Assembly: GCF_006345805.1 (NCBI RefSeq)
Contig: NC_042998.1
Location: 48,670,001-48,734,000 of the forward strand
Direction: 5' to 3'
Origin: Octopus sinensis
Lineage: Eukaryota
Length of the DNA: 64,000 nt
A program made the position numbers and the translations under genes. The first letter of the stretch is position 1. Every line of letters begins with the position of its first letter. The notes under the pieces were generated by a model. It searched no databases. It was not told the origin of the DNA and saw only the letters and a list, made by a program, of their open reading frames with translations. Shown one piece after another: positions 51,436-63,955 of this stretch.

Positions 51436-51910
51436 GCGCATGGCCTAGTGGTTAAGGTGCTACACTTACTATCGTGAGATAGCGGTTTCAATTCCTGGGC
51501 CGGGTGGTGCGTTTGTGTTTTTGAGCAAAACACTTCATCTCACGTTGCTCCGCGATCACTTTGACATTTGATGTGTAGTATACCTATTTCTTTATTACCC
51601 ACAAGGGGCTAAACACAGAGGGGACAAACAAGGACAGACATAGGTATTAAGTCGATTACAGCGACCCCAGTGCGTAACTGGTACTTAATTTATCGACCCC
51701 GAAAGGATGAAAGGCAAAGTCGACCTCGGCGGAATTTGAACTCACAACGTAACGCAGACGAAATACCGCTAAGCATTTCGCCCGGCGTGCTAACGTTTCT
51801 GCCAGCTCGCCGCCTTGATGTGTAGTATACCGTGCACCTGTACATGCAACGTCGATTTGATGGAGTGAGTGAGCAAATGAGCAGTAAAAACGATTCGATC
51901 ACTATAAACA
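51436..51910 (+). mobile_element. SINE family C with a nested SINE family A (51585-51814, minus strand)
   Basis: 17-bp TSD ttgatgtgtagtatacc at 51568-51584 and 51815-51831. Confidence 0.9.
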
Positions 51911-52274
51911 AATCATTTGAGCTGCTCATTCAACAAAAAACTGTAGAACCGTCTTTCCCGGACTAAGTGTGAGTACCATCATGTACATACATACATACAT
52001 ACATATGTATATATATATATATAATATATATATATATATTATATATATAATATATTTTTTATTCTTTTACTTGTTTCAGTCATTTAACTGCGGCCATGCT
52101 GGAGCATCGCCTTTAGTCGAAGAATCAACCCCAGGACATATTCTTTGTAAGCCGAGTACTCATTCTATCGGTCTCTTTTGCCGAACTGCTAAGTTGTTAC
52201 AGCGTAAGCACACCAACATCGGTTGTCAAGTGATGGTGGGGGTGGGGGGTTCAAACACAGACACACAAATACAA

Positions 52275-52830
52275 ATATTTGATTTATCGGGATTAAATAA
52301 AAAGACAACAAACGGAAAATATGACAGACCTATATATATATAATTAAAAAAACATGTACCTCGCTCTACCGCTCCCGTGTATAGTCCTTTAGAACAGTTT
52401 TCATTTCTCCTTGTTACCCATTTTTGTCTTGTCTTACTACCCCAGGCTTTTTGTTATATATACATTATCATTGTGAATTGTTGTCTTCCTGTGGCCCTAA
52501 GCCTTTATTCTGTTTATTGTTTTGTCCCTTGTCCGTCCTCCACTAACAGCCTCCTCGCGAACCCGTTTCATTTTGTTATGTTTAGGTCTAATTCCCAGCA
52601 AGTTTCTTGTCGGTGCTTCCAAAGTGAAAGCAATGTTATCGATAATGGCCGAAATTGCGTTTGACTGTCTGGCCGATAACTGATGAAGAATCGGTGACCT
52701 TCTGCGTTTTCTTTCCGTCTGTGTATTTAGTATGTGTTCGTTTGTTTATTTACTACAGATTTTTTTAAAATTATATATATAGGTAGATCATATTTTCCGT
52801 TTGTTCTCCTTTTATTTAATCCTGAAAATA
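52275..52830 (+). mobile_element. Non-coding PLE-type repeat with inverted partial copy
   Basis: 52275-52350 is inverted relative to 52760-52830; GAAAT..CTGATGA boxes at 52651-52686. Confidence 0.55.
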
Positions 52831-52868
52831 TTATTTATGTAATGCATGCATTCGTTAATTATTTTACA

Positions 52869-52930
<62 letters not shown>

Positions 52931-52942
52931 ATATATATATAT

Positions 52943-52974
<32 letters not shown>

Positions 52975-53350
52975 GACGAGCTTCTTTCAGTTTCCATCTA
53001 CCAAATCCACTCATAAGGCTCTCGTCCGCAAGAGGCTATATATATATAAACTTACTTCGAAATGAATGCGTGGCGATCAATTAAGTAATAATATAAATAA
53101 TATATATATGCATACACACACAAAAACATATGCATATATATGTCTATCTACTCCTCATTTCGAGCATTATCGAATACTCGAAATGAAGTGTAGATAGACA
53201 GCCGGCAACTGATGAAGGGTCGTTCTTTATGTTACTTGTCCGGTTTCAATTTATTCTCTCGTTGTTTACGTATTTAACTCGCTTGTTTTCGTACTTCATG
53301 TTGTTTACAGTTGGTGAGGTCCTGTAGCCATATATTCATATATATATATA

Positions 53351-53398
<48 letters not shown>

Positions 53399-53403
<5 letters not shown>

Positions 53404-53864
53404 GTATATTTACTTCTTAAATGTGGCTAACCACTAAGGGTGGATGCTACTGTAGCTTGTAGCCCCAGGAGAGCATCTTCTCCAGCTGGCTATTGACACA
53501 CTTTCTGTACACTATCAGTATTTGCAAAGGGAAGCCATCCTTCCCAGCGTCGACCTGACGTGATACGCCCGGACCCAGGTTTCTGAATATTTACCCATCG
53601 TCAACGCACAACAATCACTGGTCTTCGATGCGAAGGGGTTCCTATTGCAAATATATATCCTTTTTCCAGTGACTAAAAGTCACTGATCTCAAAAAAGTGT
53701 AAACAAACAATAATAAATCTCTGAACGAGGTATACACAGTAGCTGCACGATAATGTGAAGTATATTTGTCACTTAAATGTGGCTACCACTAAGGGTGGAT
53801 GCTACTGTAGCTTGTAGCCCCAGGAGAACATCTTCTTCAGCTAGTTATTGACACACTTTATGTG

Positions 53865-53870
<6 letters not shown>
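53399..53870 (-). mobile_element. Retrozyme-like element: 356-nt unit with 115-nt direct repeats and one hammerhead
   Basis: 53399-53515 repeats at 53755-53870; microsatellites on both sides; other copies 10160-10278 and 11420-11705. Confidence 0.75.
53566..53610 (-). ncRNA. Type I hammerhead motif (C3U in this copy)
   Basis: TGTGCG / TTGACGA / TGGGT aaat ATTCA / GAAA-CCTGGG-T / C / CGGGCG; GUC site. Confidence 0.65.
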
Positions 53871-53923
<53 letters not shown>

Positions 53924-53934
53924 AGAGAGAGAAA

Positions 53935-54370
53935 AGTTACTTGGAAATGGGTGCATGGCGTTCGATCAATAAAATAACAAAATAATAAATAATAAATAAA
54001 TATATGTTTGTTTTTACTGTGTTATTCCCCTTGTCCTGTCTTTTACTGTTTTTATGTGTATTATTTTTACTGTCTTGTTTTGTTTGTACTGTCCTGTTCT
54101 TGTTACCTCGGTTACCCCTCCGCAAAAAAAGCCAAATTTTATTTAATTTGCTTTGCGGGAAGGATTGTTTCAAAGAAGTCGTGTCTTGCCCTTACCTTCG
54201 AAACACGGAGTAGCCGAAACAGGGGCAGCTGAAGAAGGGGAATATTTCTTGTGTTGTATGTCTTCTGCTCTGTTTTTTCGTTGTTTGAAAAAAGTCCGTT
54301 TCCATGTTTTGTCTTTATGTTTTCGTTTCTCATTATGTTCTACGTTTTTTCGGCGTCCTGTACCCATATA
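53935..54370 (+). mobile_element. Non-coding PLE-type repeat family copy (related to 190-850, 10321-11350, 53070-53340)
   Basis: aaattttatttaatt..gcgggaagg..ccttcgaaaca shared with the minus strand of 10520-10625. Confidence 0.6.
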
Positions 54371-54443
54371 TGCATGTATATACATATATGTATCTATATA
54401 TGCATATGTATATGTATATATATATATTATATATATATATATA

Positions 54444-54501
<58 letters not shown>

Positions 54502-54651
54502 AAGAGCAATAAAGATTCAAGTTAATTTAAAAAAATTTACTTGAATATGGTACCAACTTAGATGCACCAAAAAAAAAAACTATACTGATTTAACAATACA
54601 GTAATGTGGGGGTGATTATAAGCGAGAAAGAAGCAACAAGAATGGATAGGT

Positions 54652-54740
54652 TTTTAGTACGATGTTTCATACAAGACAGGGTTTATTAAAAGTTGCAAAG
54701 ATTACAGCATATAAACGAGTCCCGTACTCATCAGCTAAAA
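54652..54740 (-). ncRNA. Type I hammerhead motif, inverted partner of 55015-55106
   Basis: Same motif with stem III ACATCGT (1-nt deletion). Confidence 0.7.
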
Positions 54741-55014
54741 TACTGTAATGCTAATAAGCAGGAATTGAGACCCACCTCGTTGTAATTAACAATGATAAAT
54801 TTGTCTTCTGTGAGTATATAATCCCTCATCAATCTATGGAAATTCATATGGATTAGGTCACCTTCTCTGTGGATGCTATCAAAACTTTTTAAAATTCTGT
54901 GATAAGACTGTACATCATCTTAAAGAACTTAATGAACTTTAGAAATCTGTTTAATTATCTACATTACTTCATGAGTATAGCCTCAAACACTAGGATGTCT
55001 AGAGAGTACATGTA

Positions 55015-55106
55015 TTTTAGCTGATGAGTACGGGACTCGTTTATATGCTGTAATCTTTGCAACTTTTAATAAAAACCTGTCCTTGTATGAAACGATCGTA
55101 CTAAAA
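55015..55106 (+). ncRNA. Type I hammerhead ribozyme motif with intact core and long stem-loop II
   Basis: TTTTAG / CTGATGA / GTACGGGAC..GTCCTTGTAT / GAAA-CGATCG-T / A / CTAAAA; palindromic stem III ACGATCGT, GUA site after 55100. Confidence 0.8.
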
Positions 55107-55149
55107 ACCTATCCATTCTTGTTGCTTCTTTCTCGCGTATATATATATA

Positions 55150-56350
55150 TATATATATACATATATATATAAGTAGGAAGAATTCACAAAAAAAACAAAA
55201 GACGAAGACAGGTGGTGTTAGCAATAAAGAATGTGTTGTGGCTAGCGATCTGTCATGGCGAATGCCGGACAGAGGGGTCACACAGGAGAGCTATGAAGAA
55301 GGGGAAATAATAAAGTAGTGGTCATCCCAAAATGAAGGTGCGCGTGCATGTGTATAAGAGAGTATTATGTGCGTGTGGAAGAGGGCTGGTGACCTTGATG
55401 TGTGCATGTCTGTATGTATAGTTGTGTGGTGTGGAGCTGGGAAGTGGTTAGTGCTAGTGTGTGCGTGGTGGTGTGATGTGATGCGATGTGGTGTTGTGTG
55501 GTATGGTGGTGTATGGTGTAGTGGTGTGTGGGGTGGGGTGATGGTTTTGAGAGGTGGGGAGGCGGGAGTGGGGAAAGAAAGGGTGATGTGTGGGGTAAGC
55601 TCAGGGTAGGGGTAGACGTGGGGGGTATGTGGGTAGGCTGAGGGTGGGGTAGAGGTGGGGTATGTGTGTAGGCTGTGGGTGGGGATAGAGGTGGAGTATG
55701 TAGTGGGGATAGAGGTGGGGTATGTGGGAGTGGATGTAAGTGTGGGGTGGGATGGGATGGATAGGGAAGGTAAGGTTGGATTGTGTAGGGTTAGGGTGGG
55801 GTTACGAGGGAGGGGTGACGAGTGAGGGTTACGAGGGAGGAGTGGGAGCAAGAGAGGAGAGGTGGGTAGGAGGAAGTATGTGTGAGGGGGAGAGAGGAGA
55901 GGGGAGGGGTTAGATGAAGAGGGAAGGAGAATTGATCCCATGAGGATCAAAGGAGCGAAGAGAGACGATTAATCCCTGTTCACGGCGAAGACGGGAGACC
56001 AGAAGGCCCCTGTGCAAGGACAATTCAAACACAGATAGGTGTTGCAAAGATTTACCGGTAGAGCGGAAATGGCGCGAGACCGGGGTGTCATTGCCGAATC
56101 AGATGTCTCGGGAGTGTTCAGCAAACCGGTCAGCCAAGCGGCGTCCCGTTTGCCTGATGTATAAACAAGGGCAGAGAGAGCAGGAGATGCAGTGGATGAC
56201 ATTGGTAGAAGTGCAAGTGAAGGAGTCGGTGATATGATAGGGTCTATGATGGGTGGTGTTGAAGAGGTAAGGGCAAGTGCAGCAGCGTGGTCGGGAGCAG
56301 CGGAATGAGCCGGGTTGGGAGGTTGGGTTAGGGAAGAAACTGTGGACCAA
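55150..56350 (-). mobile_element. Penelope-like GIY-YIG endonuclease domain with long pyrimidine-rich 3' region
   Basis: CSRPRCCTCPY..FTCTSTNVIHCISCSLCPCLYIRQTGRRLADRFAEH..PVSRHF..RLRREQGLI..PHGIN. Confidence 0.9.
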
Positions 56351-56394
56351 GAGGTCTCGTAGGTTGTGGGCTCATTTGATATATATATATATAT

Positions 56395-56801
56395 TCTTTT
56401 ATTCTTTTACTTATTTCAGTCATTTGACTGCGGCCATGCCGGAGCACCGCCTTTAGTCGAGCAAATCGACCCCAGGACTTATTCTTTGTCAGCCTAGTAC
56501 TTATTCTATCGGCCTTTTTGCCGAACCGCTAAGTTAGGAGGACGTAAACACACCAGCATCGGTTGTCGAGCGATGTTGGTGGACAAACACGGACACACAA
56601 ACTTAGACACACATACATAAATATATACATATATACGACGGGCTTCTTTCAGTTTCCGTCAACCAAATCCACTCACAAGGCTTTGGTCAGCCCGAAGCTA
56701 TAGTAGAAGACATTTGCTCGAGGTGCCACGTAGTGGGACTGAACCCGGAAACATGTGGTTGGTAAGCAAGCTACTTATTACCACACAGCCACTCCTGCGC
56801 C
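56395..56801 (-). mobile_element. SINE family B, full length
   Basis: Head and tail match 40334-40823. Confidence 0.9.
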
Positions 56802-56805
56802 TATA

Positions 56806-56878
<73 letters not shown>

Positions 56879-57452
56879 ATACATACGTACACATACATAC
56901 TGTACATGTATGTATGTATATGTCTGTGTATAAATATATACACACAGACACATACATACATACATACATACATACATACTACATACATACATACATACAT
57001 ACATACATACATACATGCACACGTACATATTGTATAAATCCTTGCATTCGAGTAACAGAACTGTTGGTAGTTTATATCTTTCTCGTTCTTCCTCTTCTCT
57101 CTCTTTCTCTCTCTCTCGCTTTCTTTCTGTCTTTCTGTTTCTCTGCTTCACTCTCCCCCCTCTCTCTCTAGCTCTTCACTCTGTCTATGACAGTAAAGAT
57201 CGCATAGTGAGTATGCATGTAACTATCAAAGGGTGATAGGCGTCATCGCTGTAAACAGTCGTGTTACTGTAAGTGATGTTACAGTATAACCGTAATATTA
57301 CAGTGATTTAAAATGTGTTTCGTTGAACTGCCGCGCTGAGTTCAAATTCTCCTATTCGTGAGCTTCTACATGGTTATTCGACCTGCTTAAAATATCACTC
57401 CACCATCATAAAAAATGGAACGCCACAGATTATGTAATATAATCATAGATAT

Positions 57453-57680
57453 CGGCGAGTTGGCAGAATCGTTAGCACGCTGGGCGAAATGCGTAGCCGT
57501 ATATCGTCTGCCGTTACGTTCTAAGTTCAAATTCCACCGAGGTCGACTTTGCCTTTCATCCTTTGGGGGTCGATAAATAAAGTACCAGTTACGCACTGGG
57601 GTCGATGAATCGACTTGATCCGTTTGTCTATCCTTGTTTGTCCCCTCAATGTTTAGCCCCTTGTGGGTAATAAAGAAACA
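57453..57680 (+). mobile_element. SINE family A
   Basis: cggcgagttggcagaatcgttagcacg..tttagccccttgtgggtaataaagaaa. Confidence 0.9.
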
Positions 57681-57839
57681 GATATCCTCAGCCCTCAGCT
57701 AAAAGAAAATAGGATTATCAAGTTTGGAACGTTAATTATTGTAGGTCTTGTTCGACCAGCGTTGATTAACCTGATTCTAAACAACAACGTGCATGCGATG
57801 GATAGTCACCACAACTGACGCTATATTATATATTGGTAA

Positions 57840-58599
57840 GGCGGCGAGCTTGGCAGAATCGTTAGCACGCCGGGCGAGATGCTTAGCGGTATTTCGTCTG
57901 CAGCTACGTTCTGAGTTCAAATTCCGCCGAGGTCGACTTTTCCTTTCATCCTTTTGGGGTCGATAAATTAAGTAGCAGTTATGCACTGGGGTCGATGTAA
58001 TCCACTTAATCCGTTTGTCAGTCCTTGTTTGTCCCCTCTATGTTTAGCCCCTTGTGGGTAGTAAAGAAATAGGTATTTCGTCTGCCGCTACGTTCTGAGT
58101 TCAAATTCCGCCGAGGTCCACTTTGCCTTTCATCCTTTCGGGGTCGATTAAATAAGTACCAGTTACGCACTGGGTCGATATAATCGACTTAATCCTTGTT
58201 TGTCCTCTCTGTGTTTAGCCCCTTGTGGATAGTAAAGAAATAGGTATTTCGTCTGCCGCTAGGTTCTGAGTTCAAATTCCGCCGAGGTCCACTTTGCCTT
58301 TCATCCTTTCGGGGTCGATTAAATAAGTACCAGTTACACACTGGGGTCGATATAATCGACTTAATCCTTGTTTGTCCCCTCTGTGTTTAGCCCCTTGTGG
58401 GTAGTAAAGAAATAGGTATTTCGTCTGCCGCTACGTTTTGAGTTCAAATTCCGCCGAGGTCGACTTTGCTTTCATCCTTTCGGGGTCGATTAAATAAGTA
58501 CCAGTTACGCACTGGGTCGATATAATCGACTTAATCCTTGTTTGTCTGTCCTTGTTTGTCCCCTTTGTGTTTAGCCCCTTATGGGTAGTAAAGAAATAG
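57840..58599 (+). repeat. SINE family A head followed by four tandem bodies (about 171-nt units)
   Basis: Repeat units start at 58071, 58242 and 58414 with aggtatttcgtctg. Confidence 0.95.
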
Positions 58600-58644
58600 C
58601 TATATTATGACAAAGTCTTCAGTATTGCTTTCGCGTTTCACATA

Positions 58645-58680
<36 letters not shown>

Positions 58681-59634
58681 GATGAATTATTATGAGGTAC
58701 CCTAAGCTAGTGGTTCTAAGTAATCTTGATTTTGTGGTAAACTGCTGGATATTAGATATTACTGGCACACTTCGAATGGAAAGTTTTTCAAATATAAAAA
58801 ATAAAAAAATAAACAAATAACTAAAACTTTAAAATTAAAGAAGAAATATAGAAAAACTATTGCTTGCCGTTATTTTAGTAATCATAATTTTGTGTATAAC
58901 AAAATTCTGACTAACTCAATAATAACAAAATTATTGGCTCACTTCGCAGGCAAGTTGTTATTTTTTAATCTTTTAAGTTTAATATTTTGAAAGAAGTATA
59001 GTAAAATATCGTAGCATACTCCTTTGGAATATTCATACTTGTGAATACCAAAATCATAAATAACACATTTTTTCACCAATGCGCTCAAGTATTGATTTCA
59101 AATTTTGACGCGAAGTCAGCAAAATTCTGCTGACGGGGTAATTCGATTACATCAAGACCAGTGTTCAACTGGCACTTATTTTATCATCACCTTAAGGATA
59201 AAAGGCAAAGTCAACCTAGGCGGAATTTGAACTCCGATCATGAAGACGTACGAGATGTAGTTGAGCATTTTGCCCACTGTGCTAATGATTCAGCCTTCGT
59301 AGGCTCAATTATTAAAGGGGATTTTCTATAGCGTTAAGTTATATTTCAAAATATCCGTTGTGCAGCTAAACCTAACTTGTAGTGCAGAGTTTAAGGACTC
59401 CTACCTTAAATGCTTGCATTTAATATTTTCGTCCTCAATCGCAAAAAGAAGAGCTTAAGGTTTCTCCTTGAAAGACCCTTGGTGTAGTTGGAAACTCTTG
59501 AGTTGGGCCGTCTTTGCTTTGCATAAAGTTTGGTAAGTTTTCATACATGACCGGTGATGGCTTTGGCAATCTCATCAGTGGTACCTCAGTTCAACGGCAC
59601 ATGTAATATGGCCCTTTTGTTGACATAGGTGCGG

Positions 59635-59915
59635 GCGGGGTTGTATTATTGGGGAGCTCGCTTTCGAACCATGTGGTCTTGAGTTCAGTCCCCATGTGTA
59701 TATGTCTTTGTTTTTGTGTTTGTGTTTGTCTCCTTATACACCGCGTGAAAACTGATGTCGGTTCATGTACGTCCCGGTAACTTTGCGGTTCGCAAGAGAG
59801 ACCGATTGCAAAAGTATCATTTAAGAAACAAGAACTGAATCGATTTGTTCAACTAAAACCTGTAGAGCGGTGCACCAGTTTGGCCACAGTCGACTGAAAA
59901 ATTAAAAGATAAAAC
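59635..59915 (+). mobile_element. SINE family B, decayed (decayed A copies nearby at 59120-59295, 60405-60550, 60645-60838)
   Basis: gagctcgctttcgaaccatgtggtcttgagttcagtccc head and gcggtgcaccagtttggccacagtc tail. Confidence 0.7.
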
Positions 59916-59934
59916 ATTGTCGAATGCCTTGGAG

Positions 59935-60200
59935 AAGTCTACAAATGAAATTCATGCCTTTTGCTTGAAGATTCTGCGCTATTCCATGATTCTTCTAAGA
60001 ACGAGAAGCTGCAGTTGTATTGATCTACCATTGAGTATAAAGACCGCTCGACTGCATCAATGTTTTTGGCAGACACTAATAACATAGAATTGCAGCTCGA
60101 TCAACCTAAAATAGGGACAGAAATATTTGGCGCAATATAGTGAAACGCATCATGGTGCGGCCGCTCGAAGAAAGCATTTTCGACAGAAGTCATCTCTGAC
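59935..60200 (-). mobile_element. RTE-type LINE RT fragment
   Basis: LRRIME*RRIFKQKA*ISFVDFSKAFDN. Confidence 0.7.
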
Positions 60201-60868
60201 CACCATCTATGGAAAGCGGTGAGGTATGAAATTATAGTTAGTGTTATAGGAAAATAATCATTTCATAAATGATAGTTTTAAAAATAATTTCTCATAAGGA
60301 GCGCACAAATATTGTAAATAAAGGCCAGCCACAAAGACCCTTGTTAATACATTCTAATTATATTATACTAGGAGATGATAGTGTTTTCAAGTTTGGCACA
60401 AGGACAGCATTTTGAGGGTTGTGGAAAGTCGAATACATCGACTCCAGTACTCTACTGGTACTTATTTTATTGACACTGAAAGGATGAAAAGGAAAGGCGA
60501 CCTCAACAGAATTTGAAATCAGAATGTAATGAGTTGGAAGAAATACTTCTAGCAATTTGTTTTGTCCCATACGATAACCTTTCCGCCTACTTGCCGCCCT
60601 GCACCTGAAGATATAAGTGAAGAAACTGTTAATTACGTATTACATTGAAGCAACCAACTGGCAGAATCATAAACACTCTGGAAAAATGCTTAGCGGCATT
60701 TCGTTCGTCTTTAAATTCTGGGTTCAACTTCCGTCTTTTCAGGGCTCGATAAAATAAGTACCAGGTGAGCACTAGGGTCGGTTTAATCGACGTACCCCCT
60801 CCCGAAGCTGCTGGGCTTGTGCCAAAATTTGAAACCAATTACGTTTCACATTTCAGTTATAGAGTATG

Positions 60869-62114
60869 CAGGGTGTCCCGAAATTAAGGCAACCGAAGTT
60901 TCGGGCTTTAATAACTATCAATAAATGTGATAAGATATGAAAATTATACATCATTATAAAAGCTTAATGTGATCTTCTTTGTTTCAGACTAGATAAATTC
61001 AGATTATATGATGACTATAGACTGAAAGACAATCATATTCCTCCACAAAAGAGGAGAAAGCAATGCAACTATAACAAAAACGCTTAAGATTAACCGAACA
61101 ACGGTCTGGAAAATTGTCAAGAAATTTCAAATGACTAGTTCCATCGCCGCTCGACCTAGACGTGACCGGAAAAGAAGTGTGCGGGCCCTCAGCTTATCAA
61201 AAGTGTCAGAGAAAAGATACGTCGAAATTCTCGTCGTTCCGTCAGAAAACTGGCTGTCACAGCAAAAATAAGCCGAACATCGATGTATCAAGTGCTGAAG
61301 GAGGACTTTAGGATCCACTCCTACAAGATGATCTGCAAGTTTATAAGAGCATAAGACTGGAAAGAAATCGTCTTATCCAGCGTCAGATTGCTGAAGGTAC
61401 GCTTCTCAAACTGGTATTCACTGATGAAAAGATATTTGACATCGAACGGACAGTAAACCACCAGAATGACCGACTTTGGTGTGTATCTGGCTCCGTCGAG
61501 GGCAGATGTAAATCGACGTCAAAATCCTCAATCTGTTATGGTTTGGGTGGCTGTGACAGCCACTGGAAGGTCTCCCCTCGTTTTTCTGCCCTCAGATGTT
61601 AAAATTAACACCCAACGATACATTAGCGACCTTCTGGATGCTGAACCGCTTCCATGGGCGAATAAGCATTTTCAAGGCACACTTTGGATCCCCCAACAGG
61701 ACTCAGCACCATCCCACAGCTCCAAACAGATACTTTACTGGATTCAGAATAACATTCCTTCGTTTAAGGACTATGGCCCTCAAGAATACTGGATCTCAAC
61801 TCGTTGGATTTTTCTGTTTGGTCCATTTTGGAGACGAGGGTCTCGAGCACTCCTCATGCTTCACTCGACTCTCTAAAGGTAAAACTGAGTCAGGGATGGG
61901 CTTCGATTCTGCAAAAACAGCTGCGTGCCGCGTGTGAAATATTCGCACCTTAAGGCTGTGATTCGAAACAGAGATGGTCATATGGAATAAATGTGGTAGT
62001 GTCATAACTGTGTTTCCTTTATCATTACATTGCAAAACTCGGACCCGAAATGTAACAATATTTTGCTTTGGCAAAGTTGAAAAAAGTTGGTTGCCTTAAT
62101 TCTGGGACACCCTG
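60869..62114 (+). mobile_element. Tc1/mariner (maT/DD37D-like) element, full span, frameshifted transposase
   Basis: TIRs CAGGGTGTCCC..AATTAAGGCAACC at both ends; VFTDEKIF, QNPQSVMVW, QQDSAPSH motifs. Confidence 0.9.
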
Positions 62115-62746
62115 TATATGATCCCAGGTGTATGTTCGTAAGAACTAGAAATAAATCTTTCGAAAAGCAAATTCATGGTTGAAATTAACTTGCTCATTTC
62201 AACCATGGAATAGAATTTTGGGCATGCAGAAGATATATGCCCAAGATGCCAATCTGTGTGACCGAACCCACAAACACTCGGCTGGGAAGCGAACTTCTTG
62301 ATTATGTATAAAATATTCTGGGAAAATTTCATAAAACTCGGTAACATATTTCTGAAGGTTGCAATAATTTTGTCGGTTACAATCTTTATGACGTCTCAAA
62401 CCCAACTGAACATAGTAAAATATGCATGAACATTAATTTATAAAATAGAAGTCTTTCGTTTAAATGACAGCGTACATATTTGATCATATCAATATATTTG
62501 TGCAAGGATCGCTGATACGTATACTGTTATCGTTGAGACATTATGCCCATGACTATGGCACCAATAAACTCGTAAACATAACCTTGTATCTATTTCTTCT
62601 TCGGCATTTTCTTCAAATTCCCTAAATGGAGGTTCACACCGTAAGAGACATCTTGCACCCAATACAAGTTAGTCCAGCATTCGCAATTGGTGTCTAAACG
62701 TTTGAGATGAAACGCTTAACTAAATTCAGTATTACTTCTAGTGACA

Positions 62747-63145
62747 AGGCGGTAAGCAGGCAGAATCGTTAGCACACCAGACAAAATGCTTAGCGGCGTT
62801 TCGTCCGTCCTTATGTTCTGAGCTCCAATTTTGCCGGTGTCGACATTACCTTTCATCTTTTGGGATGTAATCGACTTACCCCCACCACCGAAATTGCTGA
62901 CCTTGTGCCGAAATTTGAAACATTGAGCGATGGCGGTGAGCTGACAGAAATTGTTAGCACACCAAGTAAAATAGTTTACTGGTATTTCATCACTCCTTAC
63001 GTTTTGAGCTCAAATTCCGCTGAGGTCGACTTAGCCTTTTATCTTTTCAGACTCGATAAAATAAATACCATTTGAGAACTGACATGGATGTAATCGGTTC
63101 TCCCTGCCCCGAATTTGTTGGTCTTGAGCCAAAATTTGAGACCAT
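62747..63145 (+). mobile_element. Two adjacent SINE family A copies
   Basis: Heads at 62747 and 62930. Confidence 0.8.
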
Positions 63146-63635
63146 TATTACAAGCTATAAAGTGGCGAGTAGGCAGAATAGTTAGCAAGTCACCTGAGGA
63201 AACATATCTGCATATACGATGTGTTTCTACCTGATGTTAACAACAGCATGGAGGTATATGCCACTGGATTTACTTCAGGAATTCCTTTATGTCTGTAGAG
63301 TTTATAAAAATATGAGGAAGAAAATGAAATTCACGAGACGCTTTATTCACTACGATCGTTTCGACCCATCGTTCACCGGTGCCTCGTAAGTAAGATGCTC
63401 TACAAACAGTCGTGGTGCTTCGTATATGCAGATGTGTTTCCTCAGGCGGCTTGCTAACTATTCTGCCTGCTCGCCACTTTATAGCTTGTAATAATGGTCT
63501 CAAATTTTGGCTCACGGTCAACAAATTCGGGGCAGGGAGGATAACCGATTACATCCATCCTAGTTCTCAATTGGTATTTATTTTATCGAGCCCGAAAAGA
63601 TAAAAGGCAAAGTCGACCTCACCGGAATTTGAATA
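63005..63635. repeat. Inverted duplication, about 210-bp arms around a 200-nt spacer
   Basis: 63005-63219 is the reverse complement of 63420-63635. Confidence 0.85.
63345..63394 (-). ncRNA. Degenerate type I hammerhead motif
   Basis: CTTACGA-GGCACC..GGGTC-GAAA-CGATCG-T-A-GTGAAT; stem III intact, G5 mutated. Confidence 0.4.
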
Positions 63636-63677
63636 CAGGATGTAGAAACTGACTAAATACCGCTAAGCATTTTTGGG

Positions 63678-63712
<35 letters not shown>

Positions 63713-63900
63713 GTAAATGTCGAACGATGAAAATGAGTGCTCAACACTACATTGGAGGACATAAAATTCGTTATTTGTGAATTAAAACTACCATTGTTGT
63801 CATCTTAAGAAAAGTAGGAAAATATCATATTGCCTTAACAATTTATCAAGCCGGCCACATAGAGTAAGGTGCGTGCCTTCATTTTAGAAAACACAGTATG

Positions 63901-63955
<55 letters not shown>

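Noticed and set aside
55291-55950. 219-aa Pro/His/Thr-rich ORF
   Set aside because: Low-complexity purine/pyrimidine-skewed 3' region of a PLE, downstream of the endonuclease stop
57840-58599. Regularly spaced repeats as a CRISPR-like array
   Set aside because: Units are contiguous 171-nt SINE bodies with no unique spacers, in eukaryotic context with no cas genes
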